A stretch of 64,000 nucleotides of DNA from Phyllosticta citribraziliensis (taxonomy: Eukaryota). Numbering within the stretch: the first letter of the stretch is position 1; each line of letters begins with the position of its first letter. A model generated the notes under the pieces. The model ran no database searches, was not told the origin of the DNA, and was given only the letters and a program-made list of their open reading frames with translations. The translations under genes and the position numbers were made by a program. The stretch is taken from assembly GCF_038025025.1 (NCBI RefSeq), contig NW_027117355.1, positions 62,001 through 126,000 of the forward strand, written 5' to 3'. Of this stretch, positions 34,414 through 45,851 are shown in pieces.

Positions 34414-37251
34414 CTCGCTCGTAGAGTCTCGCAATACGATGTACGATGATGTGTCGCAGGGATGGACGGACGGACGAGGTGGTAGACGCAGCGGTGGGTT
34501 TGAAGGGCGAGGTTGATGTCGTGCCTGAATGCGTGCCTGAATGAATACGAGAGGGGCGACAGCGATGGAGGGCGAACGACTGAAGAGGATTGGAAGAGAA
34601 GAGCCTGAACGCGCTTTACGGGAGCGGATACGAGCTCGGAAAGGCTTGACAGGAGCGAGGGTTTTGTGGCGCGTGCGTGTTCGAGTCGACGGACAGCAGG
34701 CAGAGTGTTGGGGATGGCGCAACGAGGCTGATACTGTAGTCGAGTTAGTTGTGCTGTACATGTGCTGGACCTGGCACTTAGTGATGGGTTGAGTCGAGGC
34801 TGTGTGTGCGCCAGATTTGCGGTTGTTTGTGCAGACTGTCCGGTGCAAGCAATATTTGGTGGGTGAATGGGATGTCGTCGTATTTGATGCAGGCGTTTGC
34901 GCTGTCGGCGAGCGCAGTCCTCAGCTCTGAAGCGTTGTTAAGTGATCGATGCCATGATTTAGCCCCTCACCTACCAAGGCCAAGGGCTTCGGTTTGTCGT
35001 GTGGATGCTCCCCAAGTCTGCCCATCTCAGTAATCGGCCCCGACGTAGTTGGATGGCTGTCCAGATTGAGCTCTCTCACTCTCAACACCACACCTCCGGC
35101 GCCAAATCTTCCCCCATCGCCGCGTTCTTCTCAGCCTCACCCAAAGAATATCGCGCTCCATCGTTCCGTTTTCGGAAGAAGCGTACTGTATGCATGCAAC
35201 AAAGCATCCCCGTCTCGCCGCATCATGGCCGCATAGCCGCACATGGATGTCGTGCAGCAAGAGCGCCCTCAGCGCCGCACTTCAGCCAATTTCTCCACGT
35301 CTCATTCATCCGGGCCGCCTGCCACCAGTATCGGCCAACCCCATCGCGCCATCGCGCTCCAGTTCTACCGATCCGGGTGGTTAGGTCGCCGGTTAAGGAC
35401 CCAGGTCAGCCACCCGGTCGAGCCTGAGGCACGCGCAAATTCGCGGAGGCGGTAATAGCAGCAGTACCCACCTACATTTGTACACCGTAAGTACTTGCCT
35501 ACTTTTGTCTGTACTGAGTAGGTACTGTAGGCAGGTAGGCAGGTAGGCGGCTAAGGTGGGCAGGGTACCTGTAGGGAAGGGATCAATAATCACAGCGGCC
35601 CTGCATGACTGGCGGCAAAAGTCTGATTTACAGCACACGCGGCGGCTCCCTGCACATCTGGCGCGATTGACTCCGGCAGCCAAACTTGGATCGTGCGTAT
35701 GCTTAAACGAAAGAAGAGCGCGAAGGCTTGTCGGACGGACGTGCGAAGAGAGAGAGAGAGCGGGCGAGGGGCGCGTGCGAGCCGAAGATGCACTGACTGT
35801 CGATCCTGTCGTCTTGAGGCGAGTGCTCTATTTCGACGACAACGACAGCGACGACGACGACGATGGCGCCTCCAAAACGACAAGACACATCCACCGCTGA
35901 AACAACAAACGGCCGCCCTCGCGCTGGCGCACGCGCTAGAACATTCCGCGACGCCTCAGCCCTACGCACAGTGGACACCACACCTCCTGGTGCACCATAC
36001 GTACACCCACACAGCCTGAAGAACCGCAGCCCCTCCCATCATCCCGACAAGTGCGTGTATGCAGCGCTATCCCTGCCATACGAAGCTCCGTCCCTGCCTT
36101 AATTCGCGCGGCCGGCGCACGCTCGCACGCTATCTGAAGCAGACACCTTACCCTTCTTTGCGCGCATGCTTATCTGGAGTTAAACCTTGTCCTTGATTTG
36201 AGGACAGAGCATGGCGGGAAAGGAGAGGAGGCTTACCTCGCTCGTACGCACGCGCGTGCCTGAATGCATGTGTCGCGGGCGCAGTAGTAGGCATTGCTCA
36301 GTAATCGTGCTACCCTGCTACCTTGCTATGCTTCTGCGCTGGCGGCGCTTGTCGTATTCTCCTCCTCGTCAATCAGTCAGTCAGCCAGCCAGACAGTCAA
36401 TCCGTGGGCCTGATCCACCACAACCCACATTCTGGGTCCACGGTCCCGTCATCCCGCCCTGTCATCACAAGCAGCAGACGAGCGGCCGGGAAAGTGGAAA
36501 ATGTTCTCTGTGCCTGCGCCGTGGGCGGGTAAGTTTAGCGCCGCGTGCCACATAAACGAGCCACCTTTCCCGGGGTGGACGGACGCGACGGGTGTGCCTG
36601 GCTGGTGCCTGGCGGATGGCGCAGTGACGGCATGGTGGTCGAGTAAGGCTGACTGACTGACTGACTGACGGTGCGTGCAGTGGTGGTTCTTGTGTAAGCC
36701 TGAGTGATGCTCGTACAGTACAGTACTGATGCGAGTGTTAGGCTTCGGGGCGAAGGAGAGGAGTTGACATGTAGTTACAGCACATGTATTCGGTACGTTT
36801 GTCTTCCCTCAGTTCAACGTTGGAGTGAGAATCGAGTTGTTGGATACGGTTGTGTGCATTGTAGAGCTTTTCTAATCGACAAGGGAAAAGACACCAAAAG
36901 TACAGCGCGACATTGGTATTTTGGACCATGCTTTCTTCGTCCACGAAACAACAACAAAATCATCTCGTCGTTCAACAAGCGGCGGTCAAAGAAAAGTAGA
37001 AAATATGGTATAAAAGACATGTCAAGAATTACAAAGGAACGTCGAAATGGGGGTATAATCTTCCGGCAGCAGCCCCAACACCATCATTCTCCACACTCAT
37101 CAACCAACGCTCCAATGTACCGCCTCTCCGCTATGCCAAGTGTGATGATGCTTTTCTGAACAGACAGACAACAAGGGGGATGGGAGAGGCAAAGATGAAA
37201 GGAGAGAGAGAAGACACACGACGACGTGGAAACGTAGCGGTGACGAGCAGT

Positions 37252-39583
37252 TTATCCGCCGCCGCCACCCATGCCGGGAATTTCTCCTCCTCCTCCTCCA
37301 AATCCTTTAGTGAATTTGCCGAGTCCACCACCTTGGCCTCCCATTCCACCACCACCCATGCCGCCGCCCGGCATGCCGCCGCCCATTCCACCGCCAGGGG
37401 CGCCACCACCTGCGCCACCACCTGGTGCACCACCTCCTGCACCACCACCTGGTGCATCGCCGCCAGCTCCACCACCAGCATCGCCTCCTCCGCCGCCGCC
37501 AGCATCACCACCTCCTCCTCCTCCTCCGCCGCCGCCGCAGAGTTGCTTGATGAGGCCGGCAGCAGTTCCAACATCGGAGCCGTAGCCAGTGTGGCCAGCG
37601 GCCTTGGACGGGGCATTGCCCTGACCGCCGCCGCAAACGCCATCACCCTACTCGTGTTAGATCGGGTACGAAGGAAGAACAGGTTAAGCATAACTTACAC
37701 CACCACAGAAAGTTTTGAATTTGCCGCCCTGAACAGGAGGCTGCTGCTTGAAGGGATCACCGAATGTGATGGCAGCGCAGACATTCTTGATCCACGAGCC
37801 CTGGCCCTTCTTCGCGGCGCCGTGCACGCACATAGCGCCCTGCGAGTAGCCCGACAGCACAATCTTGCTGCTGGGGCACGAAGAGGACATTTTCTGCGCC
37901 ATCTGCGCCATGGCGCTTGAGCCAGGGCCGCTGCCAGCTACTTCGGTCGCGATGCCACCGCCGTCAGCAGGGTACTGAATGCCTTGGAATTTGGCTCCAG
38001 CCTGGTTCTTAACCGCCTTGGCTAAGCTGGGTCCGACGACAGTTCCAGCTGGGCCGCCAGGATCACCCGTTCCTCGGGTGAAGAAGACTATGACCGGAGC
38101 ACAGTCGCCGCCACCTTCACAATGGGAGATTAGCCAAGTGAAATAGAGTTACCGAAAAACAGGGATTAGTTGCGAGGTGGAGAAGGTGAATGTGCAACTG
38201 CATAAAACGGAAAAAGAAAAAACCAATTTTAACCCAGTAGCATGTGTGAAGAGTGTGAAAGCCAAGCATTAAATGTGATGGAAGAAATTCAATGTGCAGA
38301 AAGCACTCGTGTGCCGAAGGAAATGCAAAGTGCCGAAACACAGTGCGCGTGCACAACGCAAAAAACAATTACATACCACCAGCCTGACGACGTTCCTTGC
38401 GCATGCCAGGGGAGTTTCCACCACCGTATTGCTGGGAGCCGCCCTGTTGGCCGCCGCGAAGGCCACCACTCTTCTTCTTGCCCTCGCCGCCGCCGCCTTG
38501 TCCACCGCCAAGAGGAGATCCTCCTCCGCCGAATGGAGAGCCGCCCTGACCACCATCTTCCTTCTTTGGTGGCTTAGGACCCTTGCCGCCTTTTCCTCCT
38601 TTGCCAAAGCCGCCAGTGGGAAGTGGAGGGAATCCCTTGCCTTTTCCACCCTCACCACCACCACCACCAGGGGGCTGCAGGCCTCCGCCCTCGCCGCCGC
38701 CAGGAGGCTTGGGAAGAGATCCACCTCCTTCGCCGCCACCTCCTGGAGCCTTGGGTTTGGGCAGGCCTTGACCGCCTTGTCCCCCCTGTCCACCGCCGAA
38801 GGGAGAACCACCCCCTTGGCCGCCAAAGGGAGATCCTCCACCTCCCCCTCCGCCAAACGGAGAAGAACCTCCACTGTCGCCACCTTGCTTTTTGAAGAGA
38901 TCGCCGCCACCAGATCCGCCGCCGCCAAACGGCAATCCACCGCCACCGCCATAGCCCTGTGCCTCAGGCTCGGGCTCAGCAACGGGGTTGGGCTCGGCCT
39001 CGCGACGGACCTTAGAAGGGGGGGAACCGCCGTAGCTAGGCTGGCCGCTCTTCTTTTTGTCCTTGCTCTTACTACTCTTCTTCGAGTCGTTCTTCGGCTT
39101 TTTAGGCTTCTTGCTTCCGCCGCTGCTGCTGTCACCACCACCGCCTCCATAAGACTTGCTCTTGCCCTTGCCTCCACCAGATGATCCTCCGCTACCCCCG
39201 GACGAGCCTCCGCCAAGGCCAGTTGGACTCGGAGGGGCAGTTCCAGTAGGAGCGGGAGGAGGACGCTTGCCGCCCTTACCCTTTCCTTTGCCTTTGGTCC
39301 GAGGAGCGGTGGGCGCAGGTACGGACGGTGCGGTGCCAGTACCGAGAGGAGATCCACCGCCGCCGCCTCCTCCAATCTTTGGAAACTCTCCGCCCTTCCC
39401 ACCGCCGATGGGTGATCCACCGCCAGGTCTCACGCCGCCCTGTCCGCCACCCATGGGCTGTGGACGCGAGAGGCCACCAGAATTGCCTTGTGAGTTTCCG
39501 CCGTATGAAGGACGTTCCATCTTCGGGGGCGCGCCGATGGCCAGGGCGGCCAGGAAGAGAGGAGTAAGGTAAAGCTTGACCAT
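37252..39583 (-). CDS. Secreted cutinase-family (CE5) enzyme embedded in a glycine/proline-rich precursor, about 672 aa
   Basis: Signal peptide MVKLYLTPLFLAALAIGA. Introns 38115-38376 and 37648-37698. Cutinase motifs DCAPVIVFFTRGT, YPA, CPSSKIVLSGYSQGA, TFGDP, FC..GDGVC and GHTGY give an intact Ser-Asp-His triad. Gly-rich tail to TAA at 37252. Confidence 0.88.
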
Positions 39584-41639
39584 GATGGGCCAGTGAATGT
39601 GTGTCGTCTAAATCAAAAAGGGAGCGAGGCGACCGTGGTCGAGAGAGATCGTGAGATGCGAAAAAAGGAAAGTAATTGTAGCGCACTGACTTCCGGAGCG
39701 TGCAAACACTGACTTGGCAGTTGTTGAAAGAACGACTTAATAGCAAAGGATGAACTTGGTGCAGAGGTGGGAGGGAGGAAAGCATAATACATGTCTTATA
39801 CCAAGCCGAGAGATGAGCTGGCCTAGATTGTGGCTTCGACATCTGCGTCACCCAAAGAGGAAGGCCCCCAACACTCCATCTATTCAGCGTGTCATAGGCA
39901 GTCAGCAGCGACATCGGTGTCGACGCCGGACCACTCACCGACGTGGATTAGTGAACCGCGTGCGGGTACGCCGGTATGTACCGTGGGCTGGAGACGTGTC
40001 GGCGTGGCGTGAGATCAGGACGGCTTCCCCAAAGGGTCAAGTGCTCGTATATCGACTACTTGGGCGACGAGGAGGCCCTGTTCAGGGTCATCAACCACTG
40101 AGGAGGGGTCTGGCCAGCTTCCAGTCGTCGTTTCGGGAACAGCCAATCAGGAGCATTCATTGTAGTTTGGACGGCGTTTCACAGGTATGAATGCCAAGCA
40201 GCGGCCAAAACACCCCTCCAGGGCTCAGCGCTGTGCAGACGGGAGCCCCTCCGCACCCGCCTTGATCGGCTTTAAGTGTGATGTGGCTGGCGGGAAGAGC
40301 TAGGGCCCCAGTTTGTCCGTACCTGATCGTCGCGCTCGCTTTCAGAACGCAAACTGCTGAGGCCGGACCCAGGCACACCATCATACCTCATGATGCAAGG
40401 ATTGAGAGGAACAACGCAGCTACTGCAGGGCTGATGTGCGTAAGGCTGACGGAAAGTCCACGCGCTTTTTGTTCCAAAAACGTCCGCGGAGGACCAGCAT
40501 CTCCACCATCCGGATAGCCAGTCACAGAGTGAGTGTTGACAAAAGAGCCGACTTTCAAATCGACGATGCACGTGGATGGTGATCGGATAGAACCGGTCGG
40601 GCTGGAAAATCAAGCGTTCAACAGTACGGCTTCTTCTGCGAAGCTGTTGTACCACCCACAACTGCTCCACCCGCAAATGTTTGACGGTTCTACCAGGCGT
40701 TTTCATGTGAGTTATTGTCGATTCCTTGTCGATTCCCACAGATGCAGTAGAGGCGGCTGCCATTGCTGATGGTGCCCACTGTGATTGTGCGGAGGCAACT
40801 TCCCGATTGAGATTGCTGAAGGTCGCCACTGGATGCCTCGCTTGATGAGAAATCAATCACCAATCCGGTGCTGATTGTTGATGAGCGGCATTCGAGGCGT
40901 TGTCACTGATGATTGAACCGAGCATGGACGAAGCTGGGAGAAACATCGGTATTATTCTAGATTGTCGAGCTCCACGATGAATCAATGGCGCGTGTGCATA
41001 CTATACCAGGCAGTTTCCGAAAGCGTGTTTTCTGGAATGAAACGCCGGTCGTCTCTCAAATCAAGGGTCGGCAGCGTTCTTGCTGAGCCGCAAAGGGATT
41101 TCCCTGAACATGTCGCAATCTCGTGCGTCTGCCGAGGAACTGATAACTTGCATCATCGGTTCGAGAAACTAAACCATTGTACTGTAGATGTCAGGCGAGT
41201 GTTTGCCGGCCCACTGTTTTGGCAAATCGTCCCCCGAGTTGAGCCCGACTTCACATCCACGAATCTGCAGCGCTATTGCCTAGTCGCCAGGCGAGCGTTT
41301 TGAGGCCGATTTTGGTTGATTCGACCCGAATAATGTTCCATCGGCGCAGTCATCGCGGACGGTTGAAGACGTTTTCCAGCAAGTGCTGTAACGGTGGCCG
41401 GGCGCTTGACGTCAATAGACGGAGACCAATTTGAGCCAAGTCGGGTTTCCTTCTTGGAAAGCTTGTACCGCTTGGTAGAGGACATTTTGGGCGTCGTATT
41501 CGTCTGGAACATCCGTTCTATGGCAAGTTTTGGTTTTCCAAAAGTAGGCACTCCCGACTCCCTGCAATATGCGGGCCTTGACGTAGGTTTGCCAGCAACA
41601 AGACGTGTTTCTGACTCTGAGTAATCCAGATACTTGTCT

Positions 41640-42469
41640 TCACCATACGAACTTTTGCTGGAACTCGTCCGACAAATCGACTTGTCCGTATTCTGACAGG
41701 GTGTTCGACGAGTACGGATTTTCATCACGACGGTTTTCTTGCGGTGTGGAATCGTACATGGCTGCTGCTGGGCCAGGTGTTGGGGACTCATTCATTGGAG
41801 GAGCTGATCTGTTGAAAGCCGTTGGCGGCGATTCCCATGTGGACTCGTTGCTAGCGTGAGCGTCTGGCCGTTGGCGATGATTCATGTTGCCAGGACTTGA
41901 TGCCGTTAGGTGCCCCGGCGCGGTGACATTTCCAGAAGAGTGGTAGTCGGCCATTGTGGAGGCGGTGCGGGGTGGCCCAACGGCTTCGTTTGTAGGAGTC
42001 GGTCTGGCACCATGACGTTTCTGTCGATCGTGGCACCAGGCGAGAAGAGCTTGCGGGGAGTTGAGGGGAAAGGTGGCCCAATAGTCCAACGCCGCTCGTT
42101 TCTCCTGGGTGGTGCGCTTTTGCGTATTGGGTTCATTCAACAGTGGACGGCACGTGATGGAGTTTAGCAGTTGGTCGGTGGGCACGAGCGGGAGAAGTTG
42201 GAGCAGAATGTGCTCGACGTCGTCAAGACGGGTCTCGATGGCTTCGAGGTAGCCCTTGGCGGGACCCCTCTGGAGCTGGGGAGGCCAAGTACAGTCGATT
42301 CCCGTTTCTCGACATCTTGCGCACATTGGCCTGGGATTCAGTCAGCAAAGACGGCAGGGATGGACAAGGCAGCTCACCATTCTCCGCCGCACTTTTGCTT
42401 CTTGCTGCGGCAGGAGTCGCATGCGGCGCTGGAGCGCGTCTGGCGGGGGTTGCGCAAGGGTTGAGCCAT
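41640..42469 (-). CDS. Small Zn(II)2Cys6 transcription factor
   Basis: MAQPLRN..ACDSCRSKKQKCGGEW|PMCARCRETGIDC across intron 42330-42377, followed by RGPAKGYLEAIETRL. Confidence 0.88.
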
Positions 42470-42765
42470 GCCGGGGACACGGGTCCGTCAACGGGAACAA
42501 ACGCCGAGTGGCAGGTGGAAGTGAATGTGCATGGCCGTCGAGGGTGCAGGTGAGCGGTGAGCAGGAGCAGGAGCAGGAGCAGTAGCAAGAGCTGGAGCAG
42601 GAGCTGGAGCTGGAGCAGCTGGAGCCAGAGATCATGATGCCATGGTGTTGAAGCGGTGCAGGCGGAGAGCGTGCCTTGGAAGAGGCTGAGGTGTGTTCTA
42701 GTCGCGTCCAGTCTGAGTCTGGCTCTGGCTCTCGGCTGTCGGGTGCTGCATCCCGTCTGCAGCCC

Positions 42766-42999
42766 ATCAGATAAGGTGCTTAGTCAGGCCAGGCGGTATC
42801 TGATCGGGCCGTCGGACCCGATCTCCCTCCGCGGTCCGCCCGCCGTCCCGTCAGGTCCTGAACTGCCCCGGGTGAGGTCCGGGTGGCACAGTGACTTCCG
42901 GTTAGGTTGGCTTGGCCCTGCCGCCGCGCGAGCTGTAGGCTGTGCACCAACACCACAGCAGACGCCGGCTCCTGTCCACCGCAACTTGTTTTATCTGAT
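42766..42999. promoter_or_regulatory. Two SreA-type extended GATA motifs (ATCAGATAA) in the divergent promoter of the Zn2Cys6 and Nramp genes
   Basis: ATCAGATAA at 42766-42774, TTATCTGAT at 42991-42999, and a one-mismatch copy at 42796-42804. Confidence 0.6.
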
Positions 43000-43852
43000 C
43001 AATGCCTCTGCTCTAGTCTTCGTTTAATTCTTTATGCGTCGCATGCACAAGCGCCGTCAACAAGTTCCCAACAGAAGCGTCCGCTGTGCCGAAGCCGCTC
43101 GTTCAAACGCACCTCACCAGCGCCAGCGCGTCAAAATCTGGGGATACTGACCAAGGGGAAGACGTCTTCGTCGGTCTTGCGGAGAAACGCCCAGCAAAGA
43201 ATTGGCAACCCACGGAGCAAAAATGCGGGTCGCGTTGGGCGCGAGGGCAGAGAGCAGCCAGAGCGGAAAGTGTCCGCGAAACGACCCCCTTCACTGGGAC
43301 AAAACTCCATAGCAAATGCTTGGCTGACTGGTGTAGTCGGTGGACGCGGTGACCTTGGCAATTGTCGACTGGAACACTCGAATGCACCTACACGGCTTGG
43401 CGGTCGCTTCGTTGAGCAGAGGGCAGAGGGACGACGGTTACGCTCGTCTAGCGCCGAAACCTGAGGCGAGCCGCACTTGCAATGGTGCCAGGCCATCGTT
43501 ATTCCTCCTCCCAAGCTCCGCGCTCAGCTGCTCCTTGCCTCACCATGGTCGCTCGCCGCAAACATGCGTGAAGCACCTTGGTGTTCTGCGCCTGCTTCAT
43601 TCGCTGCTGCGTCAATGCCACCCAGGCCACGCCAACAACTGCCTCCACCTGGCGAGCCGACTTGACTTTACAAATTGCCGCTCCTGTCCTTTGTGCGCTC
43701 CGCCGAAACCATCACTCGACCCATTCGCATGCCTACGCGTCCGACCTCATCTTCTCCACCTCTGCTACTCGGCGACGCCTGTTTCTTCTCCACCCCTCTG
43801 CGCGGACGTCTCTCCGTATCCCGACGACGCGAGGCGTTGACATCATCCAATC

Positions 43853-45851
43853 ATGACCCACCCCGACGGCGGCCCAGCGCCATGGGACGAGAAACACCGT
43901 CCAGACCCGGCCTCGACGACTACCGCAAGTCCAGTCCTCAGCGCCCCCGCAAATCACCCAGCTCCAGACATGGCCGACGACGAAGGCATTGAGCCCGCCC
44001 CGCTACACCCCGCCCCGCCGCCCGCAAGCGACTCTGAGCCTCGCAAGCGCTCGAGTGCTCAAAGCCAGAGACTGGGCACGTCCGACTCCAAAAAGGAAAT
44101 GGACGTCAATGTTGCGGAGGAGTCACCGCAGAATCAACATGGACAACCTTCAACAACCCCAGAGGCAGACGGCTCGGCCATGTCGAGATTTGTCGACTAC
44201 GCCATTGAGCTGAGGAGGATCCTCTACAAGTACGCCAAGTTTGTTGGGCCGGGTATGATGGTCGCAGTTGCATACATTGATCCTGGTGGGCGAGCCCAAT
44301 TTATCAGCGCAGGCCAATTCAACTGACGGGCTACAGGAAACTATGCGACTGACGTTGCCGCGGGTGCGTCGTTTCGCTTCGGCTTGCTCTTCATCATCCT
44401 CATGTCCAACATCTTTGCCATTTTCCTGCAATCCCTCGCCGTCAAGCTTGGGTCCGTCACGGGCATGAATCTTGCAGAGACTTGCAGAGAATTCTGTCCC
44501 TTTTGGCTCAACATAATACTCTACTTTTTTGCAGAGTCGGCCATCATCGCCACCGATATCGCCGAGGTAGGACGAGACCCTGGCCAATCTGGCACTTGCT
44601 GACCCGACTTCAGGTCATTGGCACAGCAGTGTCGCTGAATCTGCTCCTGCACATTCCCCTTGTCGCTGGCTGCGCAATCAGTATTCTCGATGTCCTGGTC
44701 ATCCTCTTCTTTTACAGGCCTTCTGGGTCCATGCGCGGCGTGCGCTTGTTCGAATACTTTTCCATGATGCTGGTCCTTGGAGTCGTCATCTGCTTCTGCA
44801 TACAACTCAGTCTCATTGAAAACACATCTGCGAGCGAAGTCATGCGCGGCTTCATTCCGAACAAGTCCATCGGGAACTCGCAAGGGTATGTTCCATGGGT
44901 CCGCGGGAGAAATCGGGCTGACAAGAATTTAGGCTTTTGCAGGCCTGCGGAATTCTGGGTGCTACCGTCATGCCTCACTCTTTGTATCTTGGCTCTGGAA
45001 TTATCCAGCCTCGACTGCGTGAGTACGACGTTGCTTACGCTGCGCACGCTCGCGCCGTCGGCGTGGTCGAGCCCCGCATTTACGACTCGTCGAGTGACTC
45101 CGACTCATACACCGATGAGCAAGATTCACTCAGCAAATATCGACCATCTATCCACGCCATACGGAGCTGCCTTCCGTACTCCATCGCCGAGACTGCCATC
45201 TCCCTCTTCACGTTTGCACTTTTTGTCAATTCGGCAATCCTCATCGTTGCCGGTGCTGCTCTGTACAACACCCCTGGCGCCGAAGATGCCGACCTCTTTG
45301 GCATCTACAACCTCCTTTCCTCCACGCTTCTTCCCGCTGCGGGAACGATCTTTGCACTGGCCTTGCTTCTCTCGGGCACCAGCGCCGGCATTGTAGTGAC
45401 CATCTCTGGCCAAATGATTAGCGAAGGCCAATTGCGCTGGAAGATTAAGCCCTGGATTCGCCGGTTGATAACTCGCAGCATCAGCATCACGCCTTCCATA
45501 ATCATCGCCGGAGCAGTGGGCCGCGCAGGGCTGTCTGCCACGCTCAACGCCAGCCAAGTCGCACTCAGCGTCATCCTGCCCGTCGTCAGCGCCCCGCTCA
45601 TCTACTTTACGTGCCGCAACCGCTACATGACGGTGCCGGCAGCACGCTGCGGCATTGTCGACCCCGACAACCAAGACGACGGCGTGGCGGTGCGGGCTGA
45701 TGGGGACCAAGGGCAGGAGAACGAGCGCACGGGCAAGGACGTGCAGATGGGCAACAGTTGGGTAACCATCGCCGCCGCCATCATCATATGGCTCGTCATT
45801 GTGGTCATGAACGTCGCACTCATTGTTCTGCAAGCGATGGGCAAGGGGTGA
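43853..45851 (+). CDS. Nramp/SMF divalent metal (Mn/Fe) transporter
   Basis: FVGPGMMVAVAYIDPG|NY (DPGN motif split by intron 44286-44336). Introns 44567-44613 and 44886-44932. Motifs ATDIAEVIG, GATVMPHSLYL, FALFVNSAILI and TISGQMISEG. Confidence 0.95.

Noticed and set aside
39700..41600. Assorted 75-195 aa ORFs (also in 21500-23700, 28700-30300 and 56000-57800)
   Set aside because: No recognisable motifs, codon bias or coherent splice structure.
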